Source of the DNA: Octopus vulgaris
Lineage: Eukaryota
DNA: 64,000 nucleotides
Assembly (NCBI GenBank): GCA_951406725.2
Contig: OX597828.1
Coordinates: forward strand, 2,852,001-2,916,000
Direction of reading: 5' to 3'
A program made the position numbers and the translations under genes. The notes beneath the pieces were generated by a model. It ran no database searches and was not told the DNA's origin. It worked only from the letters and a program-made list of their open reading frames with translations. Numbering within the stretch: the first letter of the stretch is position 1; each line of letters starts with the position of its first letter. Of this stretch, positions 55,801-64,000 are shown one piece after another.

Positions 55801-56769
55801 AAAAGATCCAGTTGAAAGTTTTTAAAAACACATTAACCTGAGGGACTTTCAGTTTATGTAGAGAGTAATACAAGACTTTTCTTGATATCAATATAGAGAT
55901 AGTATCTTTGTACTAACGAAGGATGATAGATGGTCCTGTCCCTGTTGGAAGATGTTTTTGAAATATGTCTTCATGTAAGCAATACCTAACTGGCATTAGG
56001 TCTCTAAGCTTCACGTCAATAATGCCTCAAGGAAGATTGTGTTGTCTATCAACCTGGTAGAAATAGCAGTCAAATCTTCTTCATGATGCAGTAGTCACCT
56101 TTATTATACTATAATAAATGTATTTACTCTACATAATGCATCATGCACTCTCTGTTTGTGAATCCACTTGCAAATCTTCCTCAAATTACATCCTACCTTC
56201 TTAGAAAAGTACATGCTGGATAATATGGTCCTAGATTTCATACACATTAAATGACAGAATTATTGTGACCAGAACTCTCTGATCACAGGTTTGTTCTATT
56301 AGAATTCATCTAGGGCTAGACAACAACATATTAAGGTGAAACAAGGAAGGAAATCCCTACTTCCTATGCTGTTTGAAGTGACAGAAAATGTGTATGTGCG
56401 AGTAGAGATTCATGCACATGTGCATACACACACACACTCATATACACATATATATATACATACATGGACACACATATACATGCATGTGAAAGGTATATAA
56501 ATTTGCATGATTCCCTGAGTTGAAAACTTTGTCTTAGAAGGTGAATATCTTCTTTGATCTTGTCTGCTAATATTTCCTTTTCCTTGTATTTGTTTATTGA
56601 TTGTGATTTGATTTAAATATTTACTTAATGGTATCAATTCTTAAACAAGTAAACATGTGTGTAAGTAAATGTAACAAACATGAGAAAAGTACTCAATACT
56701 GGATATAGAGTGTAATTTGATTTTATCAACTTAAACCAACTTTTACTTTCAGCAGACTGGATTAGAGTG

Positions 56770-56851
<82 letters not shown>

Positions 56852-57183
56852 TGTGTGTGTGCATGCGTGTGTGTGTGTGTGATTCATGGCTGGCTATGGA
56901 TTTCTGCACCTGGCAAGTTCCTCTCCATGAAAAGGGCTTGAGCAAGGTTTTTTTTTACCTATGTATGTATTCATTAACTAAGTATTTATGTGTTTAAAGA
57001 GAAAACAAATGATGGATCCTGCTGGAAACCTATCATGAAAATATTTCTCTGTAATAGCAAGCCCTATATGCTAGACTTTGTAATAATTTATTCAATATCA
57101 CAAATTCTTTTCAACTAAACAAGACATCCAAAGAATCTTTTAGAGAAATGAACTCATTGTCTACATACATATTCTTCAAGGGG

Positions 57184-57505
57184 GAAGGCACATGGTTTAG
57201 TGGTTAGAGGTAGGCTCACAGTCATAAGGTTGTCAGTTCAATTCCTGGCACTGCATTGCAAACTTGTGCAAGGCACTTTATTTCACATTGCTTGAGTCCA
57301 CTTGGCTGGCAAAAATGAGTTGTACCTGTATTTCAAAAGGCCAGCCTTATCACATTCTGTGCCCTCTGGAATCTCCTGGGGAACCATGTCTGTATAAGTG
57401 TCTGTGAAGTGTTCAGCCACTTGCATGTTAATTTCACAAGAAGGCTGTTCTGGTGATTGGATCAACTGGAACCCTTATCATCATAGCCAACAGAGTTCCA
57501 GTCAC
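57184..57505 (+). mobile_element. tRNA-derived SINE family C
   Basis: A box tggtttagtgg, B box agttcaattcc; tail gtggagtg(t)tcagccacttgcatgttaattt also seen at about 2500-2590. Confidence 0.7.
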
Positions 57506-57529
57506 TCTTCAAGGATTGTCGTTTATTTC

Positions 57530-57760
57530 ATTAACCTTTTTGTTACCACATTTCTGGGGAAGTATAATTAATTTGTTACAATTAAATTTAGAAAATAATG
57601 GAGAGTTTAGTAAAATAACTGTCATTATTAAGCTGGTGTTTGGAACATAAATTAACATGAAATTTTACAAGAAGAATTTAATTTAGATCCCTTTAAAACA
57701 TACAATTTGTATCAAAGAACCAGAGCTGGTCTCAAGTGGATTGATATCAAAATGTTTAAG
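57530..57760. mobile_element. TTAA-flanked MITE
   Basis: ttaacctttttgttacc ... gatatcaaaatgtttaa; related copies at about 9050-9243 and 13085-13330. Confidence 0.5.
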
Positions 57761-58086
57761 GGGTATCTTCAAAGGAGTGTTAAGGTGTTGTTTTCTTTTT
57801 TTCTTAAATAATGCTAGTTACTATCCATTCCACTGTCTTTCATTTTCATCTTCAATACTTTCATTGATCAGATTGACTTACTTCTTAACAGATTTACATA
57901 GATTTGTTATCTTAGCAGGATAAAGACTTATCCTAAATGTAAAATACATAGACCCATTATACCTTTACACTCTCATACATCATAAGTTACTGTAGAAAAG
58001 TGTCTTCTTTCCTGCTAATTAAAACTTTTGACTTGGCTTTGTTATAATAACTTCAAGAAAGACAATTTGTGTTGCATCTTGATAAG

Positions 58087-58119
<33 letters not shown>

Positions 58120-58260
58120 AGAGGAAAAGATCACTAGGTGGCTTCCTAATATGTTGGAAATAGACACCAAATCATCTTGCCATGAAAAATATGTTTTCAA
58201 ATTAGCACAACACTAGATGTTTGCAAGCAAAACAAGTGAAAGGAAACAAACAAAGCAGTT

Positions 58261-58325
58261 AATTCCATACCTTAAGATTTCACCATTAATAAATGAATAA
58301 TTATCTGTGGCTCATCAGTAGAATC
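58261..58325 (-). ncRNA. Type I hammerhead ribozyme motif
   Basis: GAUUCUA-CUGAUGA-GCCA-loop-UGGU-GAAA-UCUUAAGG-UA-UGGAAUU; stem I 7 bp including G.U; near-palindromic stem III; GUA cleavage triplet. Confidence 0.75.
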
Positions 58326-58487
58326 GCCGCAGACACATAACAATGAAACTAGATACCAATCGCCTCTGTTCCACCAATTAGGCCCTGTAATATCCATCCA
58401 AAAGTTTTCATACTAGTGCACCAAGCCAGAAAAGAGTCTGCAGTGAATCTACTGACTAGAGAACAGGACTAATTAAAATTTAATAAC

Positions 58488-58572
58488 GAGGGTAGAAATT
58501 AATATTTATTATTAAATAATATTAATTCAAACCAGTGGCCAGCATACATAAAAAATATTAATTTCTACCCTC
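58488..58572. repeat. Short palindrome (20-bp perfect arms)
   Basis: gagggtagaaattaatattt / aaatattaatttctaccctc. Confidence 0.8.
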
Positions 58573-58715
58573 ATCATTTCATTTTATATATATGTATATA
58601 GAAAAAATATATATCATCATCATCATCATCATCATTTAACGTCCGCTTTCCATGCTAGCATGGGTTGGACGGTTCAACTGGGGTCTGGGGAGCCCGAAGG
58701 CTGCACCAGTCCAGT

Positions 58716-58747
<32 letters not shown>

Positions 58748-58808
58748 CGCCATGATAGATCGTTAGCTCCTACAAGCATTTTTTTCTCTCCTTGTTTTTT
58801 TCTGTGTA

Positions 58809-58846
58809 TCTTTCTGTCGAAGAGCGTAGGCTCGAAACGTAAAAGA
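58809..58846 (+). ncRNA. Minimal type I hammerhead with non-canonical core CUGUCGA, in a ~200-bp element (58746-58945) inserted in (TA)n
   Basis: UCUUU-CUGUCGA-A-GAGC-guag-GCUC-GAAA-CG-UA-AAAGA; stems I and II perfect. Confidence 0.75.
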
Positions 58847-59036
58847 TCTGTTCTATTTCTATTCCTGAGCGCCATACTAATACATTTGTTTGTTTGTATT
58901 CCACCTGCATTTATCTTTTGTTTATTTTTGTAAACCTTCCCATTTTATATATATATATATATATATAGAAATTCAAGGTGAGTACTTGATAATTGTAAGC
59001 ACCTGTATATACCGTTTGGTGGTGTAGGTGGTGGAG

Positions 59037-59478
59037 TAAATTAATCAAAATAAAAACATGATGCCAAGGATTCAGCGGTACATATGTTTCGGGCCTTTAT
59101 TAGACGGATTTATAACAATGCATAACGTGTGTCTATGGCCTTCTTCAGCTGCGCACAACTACTACCTCAAGGACATGTATTACATCAAAAATTCTACGTT
59201 GGGGATGCAAATCCTCTCATTCGCGTACGACATAATGCGGCAACAGCATAAAAATGAAGTGTGATTATTTTTATGCTGTTGCTGCATTATGTCGTACGCG
59301 AATGAGAGGATTTGCATCCCCAACGTAGAATTTTTGATGTAATACATGTCCTTGAGGTAGTAGTTGTGCGCGGCTGAAGAAGGCCATAGACACACTTATG
59401 CATTGTTATAAATCCGTCTAATAAAGGCCCAAACATATGTACCGCTGAATCCTTGGCATCATGTTTTTATTTTGATTA

Positions 59479-59483
<5 letters not shown>
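59037..59483. repeat. 447-bp near-perfect palindrome (arms 59037-59255 and 59267-59483, 11-nt spacer)
   Basis: Arms differ by only a few substitutions and two 1-nt indels. Confidence 0.95.
59075..59152 (-). ncRNA. Type I hammerhead motif with extended stem II (mirror copy at 59370-59445 +)
   Basis: GC(A/G)G-CUGAAGA-aGGCC-auagac...gucua..GGCCc-GAAA-CAUAUG-UA-CCGC. Confidence 0.7.
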
Positions 59484-59526
<43 letters not shown>

Positions 59527-60242
59527 TTAATAAGGGTGAGAGAATTAGATACTAATTTAATAGTATATTTATTCAACACCAAGTGGCCTAGTGAGCTAAC
59601 AATCGTACTGACTTTCATGGGAAACATGTATTTTCGTGGTTGAAACCTTTGATTAACTGGTGCTAGAGTGAGCAATATAGTGACCACTCTCTTATATATA
59701 TATATATATAAATATATATATAGACATACAAATCAAACTGACAAAGGAACAAGAAATTATGTAATGAACTTCACTAGCTTACAGCTGTTTCTGCTACAAG
59801 AAGCAATATGCTCATAGTCGAGTGCTCGTGTATCACCTTATAGATTTGTTTTGATTAATAGTTCACTAGGTAGCAGAAAAATAAAGCTGCATCTGTGTGT
59901 GTGTGCGTGTGTGTGTGTGTGTGCGCGCGCATGTACATGTGTGCACAGTTTAATTCTATTTTGTGCCTGCAGTTCTATCAAGTGATAGCTTACCCCAGTT
60001 TTGTGGCATTTAAGTAGTTGAGACACCCAAGTGAAAAAGTTGCAGGAAAAATTCACCTCACCCCAACCCTAGCTTCCACCAGAATCATTCTGTCCTGAGC
60101 AGACTGAAAAACATGAAGGGAAATGCCTTGTTCAAGGACACAACATGCACCTCATTTCAAGAACTAAAACCCACATACTAATGAACATGAGACAAACAAC
60201 CAAATTAGGTACCATGCACCTTCATATACATGTATGTCATAC

Positions 60243-60612
60243 ATGGCTGTGTGGTAAGAACCTTGCTTCCCAACCATATGATTCCAGGTTCAGTCTTGCA
60301 AGTGTCTTCTACTACAGCCCTGGGACAACCAAAGACTTGTGAATAGATATGGTAAATGGAAATTGAAAGAAGCCCATCATATATATATGTATGTATGTAT
60401 CTATGTGTGTGCACTTGTGTCCCTTTTTCCCCACAACCATCGCTTTACAACCGATGTTGGTGTGTTCACATCCCCATAGCTTAGTGGTTTGGCAAAAGAC
60501 AACAGTAGAATAAGTACCAAGTTTACAAAGAATAAGCCCAAAAGATTATTTCTACGACTAAAAGGCAGTGCTCTACCATAGCCACAGACAAATGACTGAA
60601 ACAAGTAAAAAA
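60243..60612 (+). mobile_element. SINE family A copy
   Basis: Family A head and tail. Confidence 0.8.
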
Positions 60613-60820
60613 TATAAGAATGTATATACATATGCATGTGTGGATGTGTGTTTATATGTGTGTGTGTGTGTGTGTGTGTACGTGTGTATATATATATATA
60701 TATAGATTCAGATGAATATGGTACTTATGTTGAGACACCAGAATTTAGTACAGTATTATCCATACAATTTCAAAATAAGGTGATTAAAATCAAAATAAGC
60801 AACAAGGATATCCAGAGGTA

Positions 60821-60909
60821 ATGCAGTACGATCGTTTCATGCAACTCCATTTAATTGAACAATGCAATCATTACATCAATTTAAAATGTAGAGCAATCCT
60901 CAGCTGCAT
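60821..60909 (-). ncRNA. Type I hammerhead motif at the 3' end of a PLE remnant
   Basis: AUGCAG-CUGAGGA-uUGC...long stem II...GCAu-GAAA-CGAUCG-UA-CUGCAU; stem I 6 bp perfect. Confidence 0.75.
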
Positions 60910-60949
60910 AAAGACATAGAATTTAATTAATTTAGAACAGATGGACACA

Positions 60950-62150
60950 TTAGCATAATTATACCTAAAGTCTCCAAGAAGTTAAGGAGACAGACAAAGA
61001 ACATGCTGCCTTCACTCCAGCATAGAATCTATTAAGGTGTCAAGAAGATGTACATTGTTACAGACTCTGCCTGTCACTGAATTTTTGTTTTTATGGGGTC
61101 AGTTTTAATTTATAGACTAGTTTATCAAATACTTGTATATCTAAGGCAGAGAGAAACAGAGGGCAGTATCTGTTAGGGGTAGGGCTGAGGGAGCAGATAG
61201 AAATCATAGTTGGTATAGTCATAAAAATCAAGATTTATTGGAAACAATATCATGAGGTTTGGTAAAGGAAAACTTAAAACAAGATGCTAGCTGACAATTA
61301 ATAAAACTAGCAGACCATTGATAATGGAACAGGGGAAGTCTTATCATGTAGTACTATAGTTAAATACTTTAAACAATGTTGCTATATTGTACATAGTTAA
61401 AGTTTAGGGCTATTCAGAGGGTTATTAAGAAGAATATTTTAACAAAAGGATAGAAATTGATGAAAACTTTTACCACAAAAGAGGGAGGAAAAGAAATCCA
61501 GAAATAGTTTAATATTTATACATATTGTACACTTAACTACTAATTCATCAGATGGTATCTGTGAATATTGATTAATTGGTATATGCTGGTATTAATAAAG
61601 GAGTATTGAGGTAAAAGAACATGCTAATCATATATTAATAAAATTATTATCTTAGCAGTTTTTTAATAGTGAATATACCAGTATAGTTTTATATAAGCTA
61701 AGTATGAATTTATAGAGGTACAAAAATTAGATTAATTTTATGAATAAATAAAGCTAATTATAAAATAATAAAAAAATAAAATAATCAAGTATGGCAGAAC
61801 ACCATAGAAAAGGAAATAAAATAGCTTAATTACTAATACTATGGTAAAGTATATGTAGCTTATTAACACCAATAGAGAAGATACATAGAAAAAATATAAT
61901 AATTCAAGAATATACTAGACTAAAAATTATATATTTACTTATTTAGCTAAGATCAATAAAAGACTGATGTCTGGCTAAAGGAATATTTAAGTTATGGAAC
62001 ATTCATATTTTACACTAATCTTTTTTTTTAAATCTAAGGGTTATATTATAGGTTTAAGAATTTTTTATTGTTACTCCCTACATGATATTTATAGTTTCTT
62101 AGTGGTACTTGTATAGGCAGGTTATTTATATAAAGGCCCTTATAAATACT
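60950..62150 (-). mobile_element. Degenerate Penelope-like RT/EN remnant upstream of the 60821 HHR
   Basis: Minus translation near 62130 'ITCLYKYH*ETINIM' resembles PLE RT motif A (D..SLYTNVP..ETI.I); many stops. Confidence 0.45.
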
Positions 62151-62177
62151 AAGTATTTATGTGTGTGTGTGTGTGTG

Positions 62178-62477
62178 TGGAGGTGCAATGGCCCAGTGGT
62201 TAGGGCAGCAGACTCGCGGTCGTAGGATCACGGTTTCCAGGTGTTGTGATTGTTTATTGAGTGAAAACACCTAGAGCTCCACGAGGATCCGGCAGGGTGG
62301 TGGTGGCGATCCCTGCTGTACTCTTTCGCCACAACTTTCTCTCACTCCTTCTTCTGTTGGCCTCTCGCTTAGCCAGCGGCGTCGCGTCATTTTAAGGCTA
62401 AATCAATGCGAAGCGCATTGTGACCAGCGATATGTAGCAGCATCTGATAGCCTGGTCAGTCACGGTGATCACGGTGG
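62178..62477 (+). mobile_element. tRNA-derived SINE family D (CpG-rich, young)
   Basis: ggaggtgcaatggcccagtggttagggcagcagactcgcggtcgtaggatc tRNA-like head; gtcacggtga tandem tail. Confidence 0.75.
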
Positions 62478-62554
62478 TATATATATATATGTGTGTGTGT
62501 GCATGTGTATATATAAGTGTAATTATATACATATATATATTATTTTATTCTTTT

Positions 62555-62930
62555 CTTCATTCACTTGTTTTAGCCATTTGACTGCAGCCATGCTGGAGCA
62601 CCACTTTTGGTCAAACAAATTCACCTCAGGACTTATTTTTGTATGGCTAGTCCTTGATCTATCAGTCACTTTTGCTGAACCGCTAAGTTCCGGGGACATA
62701 AACAAACCAACAAGGGTTGTCCAACGATGGAGGGGGAAAACACACACACACACAGAAATACAAACACACACACACACACACACGATGGGCGTCTTTCAGT
62801 TTCCGTCTACCAAATCCACTTATGAGGCATTTGTTAGCCTGAGGCTATGCTAGAAGACACTTGCCCAGGGCGACATGAATTGGGATTGAACCTAGAACCA
62901 TGTGGTTGGGTACCACAGTACTTACCACAA
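62555..62930 (-). mobile_element. SINE family A copy
   Basis: Family A tail and head on the minus strand. Confidence 0.8.
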
Positions 62931-63109
62931 AGGATTATAATATATATATATATATATTATATACATACATATATATATACATATATATATATGTATATAC
63001 ATGTATGTATATATATATGTTTGTATGTATATATCTATATATATAGATATATATACGGGTGTGTGTGATTGTGTATAGAAGAATATATTAATAAAAGGAA
63101 TTCCAACCT

Positions 63110-63207
<98 letters not shown>

Positions 63208-63228
63208 ATATGAAACATCCACTCATTA

Positions 63229-63277
<49 letters not shown>

Positions 63278-63328
63278 GTGAAGGGAAGAAATGGAGCTGA
63301 ACAAAGATTCTACAAAATTCTTTTATTA

Positions 63329-63412
63329 TTTTCTACACATGTTTCAAAGGCTGCAAATTTCCAAATTCGGATTGAATAAGGAGACCATTTTGCAGCTTTC
63401 TCTTCAGGAAAA
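63329..63412 (-). ncRNA. Type I hammerhead motif in a CpG-rich pLTR-like element (about 63277-63900) adjacent to (TA)n
   Basis: UUUUC-CUGAAGA-GAAAGCUGCAAA-loop-UUUGCAGCCUUU-GAAA-CAUGUG-UA-GAAAA; 12-position stem II with one mismatch. Confidence 0.8.
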
Positions 63413-64000
63413 TCCAGGAATTTAAATCTCCAAACAAATGCGCAGTAAGCTATTCGAACAAAACGCTCCCTAGGAGCCCATGGTATGGCACAAAACTGTC
63501 TCTCAATGTGCGTTGACGTCAGGGTGGGTGAAGGCCGACGAAAAAGTCCGTTGGAATAAATCGAGGTCAAACTGCGGTTAAATCTGGTAGGGGAAGAATT
63601 ACAGAAAACCAAAGGGTGTGAATATATTCTGTATAACTAATGTTAATGTTCGAATTGTTTTAAGAATGAAAGCTATCTTATTTGGGTGTGAGAAACTACC
63701 TCCATGTATGTGTGTGTGCGCCTGTGTATGTGTGGAAGTATGTTAGGAAGCAGCTAGAGGGAAAATATTGTTGGTCAAGCGGCTGATAAAAGCCTGTGTC
63801 TGTGTGTTCGTCTGTGGCCAGTTTATACACAGATGACTTGTCAAACAAGGGGAGTATAATCCCTGATATTGTTTCTAAATAAGTAGCAGATCATACGCTA
63901 AAAGGGGAGTAATTTCCCCTTACAAATTTAATTCAAAATTTTTTTCCAAATTTTTTCCAAAATTTTTTTCTTTTCTTAGGACATCAAGGTGTTAATTATC

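Noticed and set aside
58270-58460. Possible minus-strand exon ending at ag|gtatgg
   Set aside because: No frame is open across it; better explained by the hammerhead-containing repeat.

Overview
AT-rich, repeat-dense eukaryotic DNA; the SINE families and microsatellite load suggest an octopus (coleoid cephalopod) genome (inference). One host protein-coding gene is supportable: a + strand TPR-repeat protein of about 1165 aa, made of a 239-bp exon (32171-32409) spliced in phase to a 3.35-kb terminal coding exon (35363-38716). The rest is tRNA-derived SINEs, RTE/Tx1/R4-like LINE fragments, Helitrons, mariner/hAT/piggyBac-like MITEs, a U2 snRNA fragment and kb-long (TA)n arrays. The main signal the ORF track misses is about 13 type I hammerhead ribozyme (HHR) motifs, plus several decayed candidates, from many unrelated sequence families. 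Most have a minimal palindromic stem III, as in Penelope-like element (PLE) HHRs, and several lie next to PLE RT or GIY-YIG remnants or inside inverted repeats. The most notable case is a tRNA-headed (Pol III) SINE-like element carrying a PLE-type HHR. It occurs at two loci, each time as a head-to-head palindromic pair flanked by direct repeats. All structures were read by eye; no folding or database searches were run, so novelty is unverified.
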